In this document: one piece after another, positions 9,243-18,191 of the stretch
Layout of the letters: each line of letters opens with the position of its first letter
Numbering within the stretch: position 1 is the first letter of the stretch
IMG/VR virus record: IMGVR_UViG_3300028413_000003
Coordinates: 168,465-232,464 of that record
Reading direction: 5' to 3' (one strand)
Length of the DNA stretch: 64,000 nucleotides
Source of the DNA: a virus
Lineage: Duplodnaviria; Heunggongvirae; Uroviricota; Caudoviricetes
Translations under genes and position numbers: made by a program
The notes under the pieces: model-generated
Told to the model about the DNA's origin: nothing
Seen by the model: only the letters and a program-made list of their open reading frames with translations
The model's database searches: none

Positions 9243-10458
9243 GCAAGTATTTATATAGGGTATCTTGCAGTATAGAGTCCATCATGTGTGATCGGTAACT
9301 CATTATTGCAAGATTGTGTACAAGTATACTTTTGATCTTAATCATGTCGTTGTATAATTCGTCATCGGGCCTGTCAAAAAATTTAACTGCAGAATCTATT
9401 GCACTGTTAACTCGCGTTGTGTTATCTATTTTACTGTCGTAACTCTCATCTAGTACACTATTAAATGTTTTATATCCCATACTTTGTAATGTGCCTAACG
9501 AATTTGGTTCACCTAGTATTACAAAAGGCTGCATATACATAATAGGCTTAAATATTTTTTCACTAAAAAACATTCTGCCTGGCGTATTGTACTGATAAGT
9601 TTCAGGACATATGTGGAGAAAAGAATCATAAAATTTATCTGTGGCCCAATCCGACACTGGGTTATCTATTTCAGGATTTACATTATCATTAATTTTAAGA
9701 GGTATGTTTTCTTTTATACTAGACTGTATGTACTTTTTATAAATTTCTGGAGATTCTTGTTGGAAAAGAGCTTCTTGGATATCAAAATAACCATCTGCTG
9801 TATCACCGCATTTCCCCATTGATAAATATCCTCTATCAATATGAGGGTATAGCAATGTTACTCCTGCAAATCTGCCTGCATGGGGGCGACGGTTTAAACA
9901 AATAAACTTTTTTGCGCGATGCTTTTTTTGAGAAATTCCCAAACTTCCATGCTGTATTAACCACTTTGTATTTTCAAATTTAGTTTGGTACTCCCAAAAA
10001 TTATGATACGCTGTTTTCATGCCAGGGGCTTCTGCTAGATTTGCACAAACAAATACAAAGTTATCTAAACTAATATCATACCGTTTTATAAAAGGAGCAA
10101 CCAACGATTTCCACCAATTCCAGTCCCACCCTTCGTAAGAATTGTAGACTAGGATTTTGCAGCGGTTGGCTTTAATATCGCTAACAACAGAGTCTGGAAT
10201 AATTACTTCGTCTATTACTTCTTCAATAGAAGTAAGCGATGGCAAAAACGGAAAATAGTATAAACTATCGCTTTCTACTTTATCTCTAAACACAACGTCA
10301 AATGGTGGGCCAAATAAACCAAAGTATGCATCAGGTGTGTTGTGTCCTATGATAAAATAGCGATGATCTAAATATCGGTGGGGGGGGCCGCAGCAATATT
10401 TAAACTCTTGTTTGTCTTCGGGCAAATCAGTTCTGTAATATAAAGGAATCTGTGTCAT
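9235..10458 (-). CDS. Glycosyltransferase-like (GT-B/GT10-like) protein
   Basis: FICLNRRPH..R, ET.......FSEKIFKPI...QPF motif resembling the GT10 EN...(T/S)EK signature; fold is an inference. Confidence 0.45.
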   Translation of the reverse strand: MTQIPLYYRTDLPEDKQEFKYCCGPPHRYLDHRYFIIGHNTPDAYFGLFGPPFDVVFRDKVESDSLYYFPFLPSLTSIEEVIDEVIIPDSVVSDIKANRCKILVYNSYEGWDWNWWKSLVAPFIKRYDISLDNFVFVCANLAEAPGMKTAYHNFWEYQTKFENTKWLIQHGSLGISQKKHRAKKFICLNRRPHAGRFAGVTLLYPHIDRGYLSMGKCGDTADGYFDIQEALFQQESPEIYKKYIQSSIKENIPLKINDNVNPEIDNPVSDWATDKFYDSFLHICPETYQYNTPGRMFFSEKIFKPIMYMQPFVILGEPNSLGTLQSMGYKTFNSVLDESYDSKIDNTTRVNSAIDSAVKFFDRPDDELYNDMIKIKSILVHNLAIMSYRSHMMDSILQDTLYKYLHE

Positions 10459-10466
10459 AATAATAC

Positions 10467-10685
10467 TTACCTAAACTGTGCTGCAAATGGATCAAACTCG
10501 GCGCCGCACTTCATACCGCACACCTTTAGTTTTCCTTCGCCAACACTAGGTTTATTCCAGCTTGCTTCTATATTTTCAAATATACCAGTATCAAACACTG
10601 CTTTTAATCCGTGTATCTTAGCATTAACTGCATCTTTCCCGCCTGCGTCATCAATAAAGTCCCATATTTGTTCTACTTTAGGATC
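10467..10685. repeat. 219-bp diverged direct repeat, copy 2
   Basis: Matches 6252-6470. Confidence 0.92.
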
Positions 10686-11546
10686 TTTGTGCCACCACTT
10701 GTACATTCTGCCAGCAGTCCAGCAACAAGGCATTGCTAGTCCTTCGGCTGTAATGAACAAGTTTCCTTCGTCCTTTACTTTGCACTTAATAGGGGCGGCG
10801 TCATAGTATGAATCCATGCTACCGTATTTGTCAACGATAACATCTTGCTTTTTAAGAGCTGAATTTTGGTACTTTGCATCTGGTTTTTTAAGTTCTGTAG
10901 TGTTGTTGCCTTTGCCATTAACTGCTTGATGCGAATCTTTTTTCTCAGTTTTAGATGTTACAAATCGCCCAGTTTTCTTTGCTACAAACCGTTCAAACCC
11001 CATTTGTTTGCTTAACTCTTCGGCTTCTTCTACTTGGTGCTGATTATGTTCAAATATTAAAAAATCCCATCTGGCTCTGCCGCCAGCAGCAATGAAAGCC
11101 CGCATGGATCTTTCCACGTTAGCCCAAACAACGTTTTGTCTATACTTGTGGTTGGTATCCTCTAGTCCGTCTACACTAAAAATAACTGCGCCCATTCTTC
11201 CATATACTTGAGCAAGCTTTGTCCACCATTGTGCGCTTTTAGCTCCGGCATTTGTATTCATGCTTAGCCACATTGTTGAATTGTGACTACGAAAATACTC
11301 AAAAATTGCCAACGTGTCACGAGCAACAATTGGATCACCCAAGTTGCCGCACATGTACAACGTGTCAAGTTGCTTGATAAAGTCGGGTTCAAACATAACT
11401 TTGATATCGGTCAGTGTAAGTTCGCTCAAATCAATATGCGGATTGACATCTCCGCCGTTTTGATTTCTATCGCACATAGGGCAAGCTGCTTGGCAATTTT
11501 GTGTATTTTCTAAATGTATTGTTCTTATGTCTTCGTATTTGTACAT
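10467..11546 (-). CDS. Radical SAM/SPASM-like protein
   Basis: CQAACPMC, MCGNLGDP, NTNA, FSVDG, C...PCC...C.MKC. Confidence 0.9.
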   Translation of the reverse strand: MYKYEDIRTIHLENTQNCQAACPMCDRNQNGGDVNPHIDLSELTLTDIKVMFEPDFIKQLDTLYMCGNLGDPIVARDTLAIFEYFRSHNSTMWLSMNTNAGAKSAQWWTKLAQVYGRMGAVIFSVDGLEDTNHKYRQNVVWANVERSMRAFIAAGGRARWDFLIFEHNQHQVEEAEELSKQMGFERFVAKKTGRFVTSKTEKKDSHQAVNGKGNNTTELKKPDAKYQNSALKKQDVIVDKYGSMDSYYDAAPIKCKVKDEGNLFITAEGLAMPCCWTAGRMYKWWHKDPKVEQIWDFIDDAGGKDAVNAKIHGLKAVFDTGIFENIEASWNKPSVGEGKLKVCGMKCGAEFDPFAAQFR

Positions 11547-11770
11547 TGATTTTCCATTACTAATTTTATGTCCATGCCTGGTCCTACTTTACTAGGTAAA
11601 TCCCCATGCTGTTCTACATACCAGTTAATAACAGCTCTGTACCAATTTTGACTATTGTGATGCGCCTGTTGGTTGAATTGCCAAATGTTGTCGTTGGTTG
11701 CTTGCATGGTACTTAGTGCTCTTGCGCTTTCTGTTTGCAATTCTCGCAGAGATAATTTATCTATATCCAA
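11525..11770 (-). CDS. Small hypothetical protein
   Basis: 81-aa ORF overlapping both neighbours and filling the gap in the operon. Confidence 0.6.
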   Translation of the reverse strand: MDIDKLSLRELQTESARALSTMQATNDNIWQFNQQAHHNSQNWYRAVINWYVEQHGDLPSKVGPGMDIKLVMENQCTNTKT

Positions 11771-12731
11771 TTTTCATAAACCTTGTATATTTTGGTAATT
11801 GTAATTCTCCAAGAAACAAACATTCTTGCATGGGCGCAGTTTCACCAAATGAATCCATATCAGCGGAGCAATTAATATGTTCTGATATTTCAAAATAATT
11901 ATTACTCTGAAGTATTACCAATTTACCTTTGGGAATTTTTGCATACCATTCTTCAAAGTTGCCGATATGCTCACAACTTGTATTAACAACGGTGTCAGGA
12001 GAGTCTAGAATGTAACACATTTTTTTATTAGAATTACTCCACGATTTTGAAGAATGATTAGAATAATCAATGTCCATTATATCCTGTGTAATTGCTTTAA
12101 ATTTCCATTGATCGACTAGCCACGGCTTATTGAATATTTCAGCTATTTTCTCGCAACTGGAGTCGACATCAAAACTACGTATCTTGGTTATATTCAATCC
12201 GGATTCGAACAACAGAGTTGATAGTATAGCATACCATCCAGCACACAGAAATACTGTGCCTAATTCAACATCTAATTCTTTAAGTATCTTAATTAGCCAT
12301 TGTTTACTTTGTAGCTGTCCTCTACTAAAGCAATTGTTGTCTATTTCCAAGGCAGGATTGACAAAGAAACTTTTAAATGCCGCGACAAGGTGGCTATCTG
12401 AGTATCGTGCAAGCACCGGCCATAATTTCCATGTATTGTCTTCAAGAACTAACTTTCGTAAATCGTCGTCAGTTACTAGTCTAAATACACTGTGTAAATT
12501 CTTTTCCATTACTGCTTTACGCAATTCTTCTGTATCATGATTGTCAATTATTCGAAATACACTATGTAAATTTTGTTCCATTACTGCTTTACGCAACTCG
12601 TCAGATGTATTAGTTAACCTAAAGATACTAGATAAATCCTGATCAATGTATGCACGTCGTAAGTCTGCTAATTTTGAATTAGTAGGATACAACATTTCAA
12701 ATCTGTCTAGTAGTTCATAAGTGTGCATCAT
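11757..12731 (-). CDS. Class I SAM-dependent methyltransferase-like protein with N-terminal helical repeats
   Basis: FLCAGWYA (motif I-like), SFDVD, VNTSCEH; N-terminal repeats ELRKAVME(Q/K)NLHSVFR. Confidence 0.55.
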   Translation of the reverse strand: MMHTYELLDRFEMLYPTNSKLADLRRAYIDQDLSSIFRLTNTSDELRKAVMEQNLHSVFRIIDNHDTEELRKAVMEKNLHSVFRLVTDDDLRKLVLEDNTWKLWPVLARYSDSHLVAAFKSFFVNPALEIDNNCFSRGQLQSKQWLIKILKELDVELGTVFLCAGWYAILSTLLFESGLNITKIRSFDVDSSCEKIAEIFNKPWLVDQWKFKAITQDIMDIDYSNHSSKSWSNSNKKMCYILDSPDTVVNTSCEHIGNFEEWYAKIPKGKLVILQSNNYFEISEHINCSADMDSFGETAPMQECLFLGELQLPKYTRFMKIGYR

Positions 12732-14067
12732 TAAATTTCTCCTTTAGCCAGTTAAAATCATTTATTTTTTTTAATGCAGCAATGTTGTCTTTATTTCTTG
12801 TGCCATATGCTGCGCCAGCTTTTGCTCCAGATATTGCATATTTTCCAAATGGCTTTTTAATCCCAACTGTGCACCATGTATATAATCGTTGTTGAGTTTC
12901 TGTATCTTGCTGTCTGTCAATGATTCTTGATGACAGTTTAACACATTCTCTAAATGCGCTTTTCCATGTGCTGTAAGGATCTGTGTTAAACAAAGTAATG
13001 TTGCTAATTACAGGCATCAACTTAAATTGATTACTGATGCTAGTAGTCATATCCGTCTTACCAATATCCATGTTTTCTGTAAGCTCCCTAGGTAGTAATT
13101 TTACGCCTCCATAGCCGTAAACAAGATCATTCACTGGATTTTGACTACGCCAAACATGCACACAAGTTAAATTACTGTCATGTACTTGTAAGTTAAATGT
13201 AAAATCATCAACTATAGTTGCATCGGCATCGACTACCCAAAACATTTTAGATTTACAAAGTTTGGCGGCGGCAATATGTGCATTATGAATTCCTTTTACG
13301 CCGTGCACCCGAACAGCGCGGGGCGCAATCTTTAACAAGACTTGATAGTTTTCGTCAGCATTGGGTTCTTCGTAACTTATAAACACAATGTCATAGGGCT
13401 TTGGTGTAGATGCTACAATTTTATGTTCAATTCGGTTGACGGGAAATCTATATTCTATTTCGCGTTTTGAAAGCGGAGAGTGTTTGCTGCACAACAATAA
13501 TCCATTGTAGTGTTGTTGACCATTTACATGATGCAAAAATGCATGAGATTTATTGCGCAAATCTTTATCGGTGTGTGGTATATAAAAATTGTTTGCCACA
13601 TCGTAGTCAATGTTGATGTTTACTGAACTCATCCAAAACATTTCAGTTGTACTAGTTTCCATTGCATGTGTGTATTCCGCAAAAGTATCAATATTAAATA
13701 TGTCATAGGGCTTTGGTGTAGATGCTAGAACTGCAACTTTCTTTGTATTATGGCAAAACCTTATTTGTATGTCGGCAGTAGTTAATATAGCAGTTTTTGG
13801 AATAAGTGAAATTCCGTCATAAAGATCTTTGCCATTTTTAAATACATGTATATAATCCTGACTCCAGTCATCAGGCACATAGTCAAAATCAAACGTATTA
13901 CTAACAATTATATCATCGGGTACTATCCAAAAAAACTCTGTTAACGATTGCTGTTGTGCGTCAACAACTGATGCTGCATGTTTAACAAAAGGAAAACGCT
14001 GCACGATATCATCATGCCGGCTTGTGTTGTTACGTGCAACTGGTTGTATAATAATTATGTCAAACAT
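12715..14067 (-). CDS. GT-A/GT2-like glycosyltransferase with internal repeated domains
   Basis: C-terminal DIVFISY.E, FWVVDAD (DxD), YGYGGVKL, AFRE; two degenerate upstream copies (FWIVPDD, FWMSS), each ending ASTPKPYDI. Confidence 0.6.
   Translation of the reverse strand: MFDIIIIQPVARNNTSRHDDIVQRFPFVKHAASVVDAQQQSLTEFFWIVPDDIIVSNTFDFDYVPDDWSQDYIHVFKNGKDLYDGISLIPKTAILTTADIQIRFCHNTKKVAVLASTPKPYDIFNIDTFAEYTHAMETSTTEMFWMSSVNINIDYDVANNFYIPHTDKDLRNKSHAFLHHVNGQQHYNGLLLCSKHSPLSKREIEYRFPVNRIEHKIVASTPKPYDIVFISYEEPNADENYQVLLKIAPRAVRVHGVKGIHNAHIAAAKLCKSKMFWVVDADATIVDDFTFNLQVHDSNLTCVHVWRSQNPVNDLVYGYGGVKLLPRELTENMDIGKTDMTTSISNQFKLMPVISNITLFNTDPYSTWKSAFRECVKLSSRIIDRQQDTETQQRLYTWCTVGIKKPFGKYAISGAKAGAAYGTRNKDNIAALKKINDFNWLKEKFNDAHL
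13388..13727. repeat. 28-bp exact direct repeat (13388-13415 and 13700-13727)
   Basis: atgtcatagggctttggtgtagatgcta occurs twice and encodes the ASTPKPYD domain linkers. Confidence 0.9.
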
Positions 14068-14073
14068 GTATGA

Positions 14074-14619
14074 TTATTCCTCAGTCGATTGCTTGGTCGG
14101 GTTAACAAAATATTCTCGTTGCTTTTCTTCATATAAAAATACTCCGTTGGTTAATATCGGCTTTGCTACAATTGCCCAATTGCGTTGCCCTTCTTTCAAG
14201 TAGTCTATAATATTGGTGCATTTTTCAAACTCTTGTGGATCTACAAACACGTCAATGGTTGTATTAACTCCAAGGTCATACAGATAATCAGCTAGCTTGC
14301 GTGTTTTTACTTTTTTTAAAGTTTCGTGATATGCACTGATGGTAATTGTGTCCAGCACTCTGGCTGCGGCAGTCCACCAAATTACTCCCGGTGCAGCAGT
14401 TGTGTTGATTTCCAACGTACAAGCATAGTGGTCTTTAAGATATTTACACAATGACAAAAAATCACTCCATTCTGTAACTTCTCGTCCAGTGAACAATATG
14501 TTGAAAATATTATCATCAGATTGCATGTGACTATCTAGAAATTTTGAAATGTTTTCTCTTACTAATTCTAAGTCAGAGAAAGGCTGATTAATTGGAGAAA
14601 TTGTATATTCAAGTTTCAT
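14074..14619 (-). CDS. Degenerate radical-SAM-barrel protein lacking CxxxCxxC
   Basis: ILFTGREVTEW (cf. FTGGEPT), INT....WW, TISAYHE (cf. ITVSYHAE in 363..1628); no cluster cysteines. Confidence 0.5.
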   Translation of the reverse strand: MKLEYTISPINQPFSDLELVRENISKFLDSHMQSDDNIFNILFTGREVTEWSDFLSLCKYLKDHYACTLEINTTAAPGVIWWTAAARVLDTITISAYHETLKKVKTRKLADYLYDLGVNTTIDVFVDPQEFEKCTNIIDYLKEGQRNWAIVAKPILTNGVFLYEEKQREYFVNPTKQSTEE

Positions 14620-14628
14620 TGAAATATT

Positions 14629-15558
14629 TTATGTCTCTCTATCTACAAACTGTTGTCCGATTATACGAGCAGGATTTTGATATACGGTTTTAAAAAACTT
14701 GCTTTGGTCAGGAGCAAGGGGGTCGGCTGCAATCGGAAGGTCAAGTTTGTTGATTAGCATTTCTCCCATCATTTTTGTTTGAGACATCAAATCTTCTTCT
14801 TTGAGTTGACTGCCTGAATGTTCCCAATAATTATTTAAATATTTAAAGTCGCGAACTTGTATGTAATCCCAATCAGTACACATGGTATGATACAATCCTT
14901 CTCTTGCGCCATAAATTGCCCATAATCCATTTTTTACATCAGTGCCAGTCATTAACCATATATAAAGTCTGTGCATATTCTTCCAATGATTCTTTTGGAA
15001 GGCTTCTGGTGTCGGTTTAATACCCTGGTCAAGTGCCATTTTAACACCTTCTCTAAATCCTGCGCGCCATGCTTGTTGGGGACTTGCGTTGTTAAAGATT
15101 TCGCTGTAGCAGCCGTTCATTTGGATATATTCAATATCCCAACAAAAGTCAACTTGTGCATGTGGATTGTCATCTGGTGCATTTTCGTGTGTGCGCATGT
15201 TGAGCACATATTCTTTGGGCCAGCATTTGAGGCCGCCGTTGCCGTACATTAGTCCGTTGATATGATTTTTTGCAGTCCAGCTGATAACACATTTATCCAA
15301 GTCTTTGTGAGCGTCTAAATCAAACTCCCTTGACAGAAATTTAGTATCGATTATGTTGTCGGCGTCGACTGTGATAAATCGGTCTGTGTCACTTAATTCT
15401 GCACAGGCCTTGTGTGCAGCGTCAGACCCCTCAACACCGTGTATTCTCTTTGCCCACGGAATTTTTTTGCACAAGTCTGCATAATTTTTTTCTGCATTTG
15501 GTTCGTCATATGACAAATAAATAATGTCATGGTCTAGTATTTTAAATTTGTTATTCAT
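14629..15558 (-). CDS. GT-A/GT2-like glycosyltransferase (paralog of the C-terminal domain of 12715..14067)
   Basis: DIIYLSYDEPNA, FITVDADN, YGNGGLK, AGFREGVK. Confidence 0.6.
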   Translation of the reverse strand: MNNKFKILDHDIIYLSYDEPNAEKNYADLCKKIPWAKRIHGVEGSDAAHKACAELSDTDRFITVDADNIIDTKFLSREFDLDAHKDLDKCVISWTAKNHINGLMYGNGGLKCWPKEYVLNMRTHENAPDDNPHAQVDFCWDIEYIQMNGCYSEIFNNASPQQAWRAGFREGVKMALDQGIKPTPEAFQKNHWKNMHRLYIWLMTGTDVKNGLWAIYGAREGLYHTMCTDWDYIQVRDFKYLNNYWEHSGSQLKEEDLMSQTKMMGEMLINKLDLPIAADPLAPDQSKFFKTVYQNPARIIGQQFVDRET

Positions 15559-16129
15559 TAATTACCTCATGACGATACGAATCAAGTCTCTTAATAGTAT
15601 ATACACTTAGTGCAGTAGTGTCTGACTCAATCTGGCTATTAAAAGGAATTTTTACACAATCATTTGATATTAATTCAATCAATTCAATATTAATCACTCT
15701 TTCCAAAGACTGAACATCGTTGTATCTTGTAATACTAAACATCAACGATGCATCGATAGAAATATTCTTTCCACTAAAATTATTTCTAACAGGGTCGCTC
15801 AACATTATTACCCATTCTTTTCGAGAGACGTGTTGAATTATTGTTAAGTCTGCAGACAGTACGTCTTTGCGGTCAATATAATGCAACTGATGATTGGCGT
15901 TGATAACTTCAGTATTTCGGTATTCTAGTACATAAGTTTTAATAACGGTATCAAAATTTATACAATATTGATGTAAGTGTTCTTTTCCACTAACTAGATC
16001 TTTGACTGCAAAGTCGTCCACTTCGATAAAATTTCCATCTGCATTTTTAGTATTACTAATACTTAACAGATTTCCCAAGTTGTCAAAATATACAAATCTT
16101 TTTGTAGGTATATAGATTAGATCTTCCAT
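15551..16129 (-). CDS. Hypothetical protein
   Basis: 192-aa ORF translationally coupled within the operon. Confidence 0.7.
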   Translation of the reverse strand: MEDLIYIPTKRFVYFDNLGNLLSISNTKNADGNFIEVDDFAVKDLVSGKEHLHQYCINFDTVIKTYVLEYRNTEVINANHQLHYIDRKDVLSADLTIIQHVSRKEWVIMLSDPVRNNFSGKNISIDASLMFSITRYNDVQSLERVINIELIELISNDCVKIPFNSQIESDTTALSVYTIKRLDSYRHEVINE

Positions 16130-16963
16130 TTAAATTCCCAAGTATTCTTCATAAATTTTTATTATTTTATCAGTTGCAAAACTCTTTTCAGTGTAATGAA
16201 AAATTCCTTGCTGGTGATAATTTCCAATCTTTAGATTAAGAGATTTATTAAACGATACACTAACACTATCCTGCCATGAGTCGCTGGGTGATTTCCATTC
16301 CTGTGCATGCGCCTTCATATGAACGAAATTTGGATAGGCACACGCACTGGAAATAGTATCTTCCCAGCCTAATATCTTAGCAACAATGGCTGCACTTACA
16401 TCCACACTTGGAAACTCCTGAATAACTTTTCCAGTTGCGTATTGTTCATAAAATACTTTCCAGTTTTTCATAACAATCTCAAGCCACTGATAAAATAAAT
16501 GTGCTTCGGTGCTCTTTTTAAAGTAATGAAGTCCGCTGTATAAATTTGGAAGGTTGTTCTTCACAAACAACTTTCGGTAGTACGTGCTTGCAAGTGGGCT
16601 TCCTCTATATGTTAGCACATTGGTTGTATAGAATATTTTCTTGTGTTGCAGGGCTTCCCACCAATGCTGGATGTTATCCAGCACCAACATGTCTGTGTCT
16701 AGTACAATTGTGTTATCATAAGGAGTAATGTGGTATATTTTCCAACGATTTTCAATTTTCCATTGTGATTCGCTTGCGTCATCTCCCCACGGAATCTCAA
16801 TTATATTGTCAAAAATATCATATTTACAATCGTCGTTTGTTATTAACGCTATTTTAGAATCAGGATTGGTTGCCTTTATGCTCAGCGCACACAAGTATGC
16901 CTGTTTAATATAATCATCTGAACTATTTTGTGCTAGTAATGTAAAATTAATCGGCATTGTCAA
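16130..16963 (-). CDS. GT8-like glycosyltransferase
   Basis: DYIKQA..CALSI, TPYDNTIVLDTD (DxD), SG..YF, VH.K; paralog of 16947..17789. Confidence 0.6.
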   Translation of the reverse strand: MTMPINFTLLAQNSSDDYIKQAYLCALSIKATNPDSKIALITNDDCKYDIFDNIIEIPWGDDASESQWKIENRWKIYHITPYDNTIVLDTDMLVLDNIQHWWEALQHKKIFYTTNVLTYRGSPLASTYYRKLFVKNNLPNLYSGLHYFKKSTEAHLFYQWLEIVMKNWKVFYEQYATGKVIQEFPSVDVSAAIVAKILGWEDTISSACAYPNFVHMKAHAQEWKSPSDSWQDSVSVSFNKSLNLKIGNYHQQGIFHYTEKSFATDKIIKIYEEYLGI

Positions 16964-17789
16964 TAATCCTATTAAGGCTAAACTTATTCATAATATGAAC
17001 ATTACTGCCAGTGGCTTGTATTGCAAAGCAATCGGCTGTTCCTTGTTTTTCAATTAAAAATACAAATTTATCATCTATAATTTTCTCAAGGTGATCTCGG
17101 TCAGTGATAAAATATTTTGTTCCCGGCATTGGGTTAACAAAATTTCCAGTTCTGTGGCCGTTCATTATATGTGCAGCAATGCTAAATGCAAAATCATTGC
17201 GAAACACGCTTGAAACAATTTGATAAACATTTCGATAATGATTCCAATTTTTGTTAATGTGATCAACTAGATCAAAAAATATTCGGTTTGACAAATTCTT
17301 TCTAAAAAACACGCACGTTGCCCAGTAAAACTTTGGGCCGCTGTCGCTTATAAATTTAAACTCGGACAAATCTCTCCATCCAGAAAACTCAAATGTATTG
17401 TCACTGTACATTAGTAAATCGTGAGTCTGGTCAAAGCATCGATTTAATACGTTGTTTGCAACAATGAAGTCAGTATCCAACAAAATTGTTTCATCATACG
17501 GAGTAAGACTGTATGCTGTATTTCGATCAGTGTTCTTGAACTGTAAACTTTTTCTAGTCCACGAACCGTCGTGGTATTTTTTGTATGTGTCGTTACCGGA
17601 TGTATTTGTCAAAATTACTTTATCAAACGGATGATCCGGATATGCTTTCTCAAGATAGTCAGCAGTGTCTGTGATAATACTCACAGGAATTCCTTGGTAT
17701 TCTTTAATTCTGTTTGCACAAAAGACAGCTTGTTTAACATAGTCAATTTCGCTGTTATTACGTGCTATTAGTAATGCACCCTTTGTCAT
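16947..17789 (-). CDS. GT8-like glycosyltransferase
   Basis: DYVKQA..CA..I, TPYDETILLDTD, FRND, VHIMNK. Confidence 0.6.
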   Translation of the reverse strand: MTKGALLIARNNSEIDYVKQAVFCANRIKEYQGIPVSIITDTADYLEKAYPDHPFDKVILTNTSGNDTYKKYHDGSWTRKSLQFKNTDRNTAYSLTPYDETILLDTDFIVANNVLNRCFDQTHDLLMYSDNTFEFSGWRDLSEFKFISDSGPKFYWATCVFFRKNLSNRIFFDLVDHINKNWNHYRNVYQIVSSVFRNDFAFSIAAHIMNGHRTGNFVNPMPGTKYFITDRDHLEKIIDDKFVFLIEKQGTADCFAIQATGSNVHIMNKFSLNRIIDNAD

Positions 17790-18133
17790 TAACTAATAAT
17801 ACCTTCGACTGTGCGGTTGTTTTTTAATTTGGCAAATCCTGCCAAATACTTGTTACCCGCCTTGGTATACTCGGCTAATATGTCATTTACAAATTTTGAT
17901 AAATTGTCAATATGAATAGGAGTTGAATTATCATCTATTAATACCGATTCATTGACGGTAGTATTAACCAACAATGTGCAAAAGCTAATTAATTCTCGAG
18001 TTAATGTAAATTGACCGCCGTTGTGGTAATAAATAATATCATTGTCGTATTGTTCTTTTAATAACCTTTTCTGATTGTCAAGTGTAATCATATAGTTACT
18101 AAAATCAAGTGCAGCTTTTAATTTATCATCCAT
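17789..18133 (-). CDS. Hypothetical protein
   Basis: 114-aa ORF with AAGGA RBS and an upstream promoter. Confidence 0.7.
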   Translation of the reverse strand: MDDKLKAALDFSNYMITLDNQKRLLKEQYDNDIIYYHNGGQFTLTRELISFCTLLVNTTVNESVLIDDNSTPIHIDNLSKFVNDILAEYTKAGNKYLAGFAKLKNNRTVEGIIS

Positions 18134-18157
18134 TGGAAATCCTTGTTATATTATATA

Positions 18158-18186
18158 ATAATACAACAGTTTTTTTATTATGTCAA
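18158..18186 (-). promoter_or_regulatory. Sigma70-like promoter TTGACA-17-TATTAT at the head of the modification island
   Basis: Minus strand -35 at 18181-18186, -10 at 18158-18163. Confidence 0.65.
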
Positions 18187-18191
18187 TTGGT

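Noticed and set aside
6252-10685. Diversity-generating retroelement TR/VR pair
   Set aside because: Differences are mostly synonymous and not adenine-specific, both copies are coding, and there is no reverse transcriptase in the window.
11525-11770. RiPP precursor peptide for the SPASM enzymes
   Set aside because: No leader/core pattern or RRE domain evident; it looks like a small globular protein.
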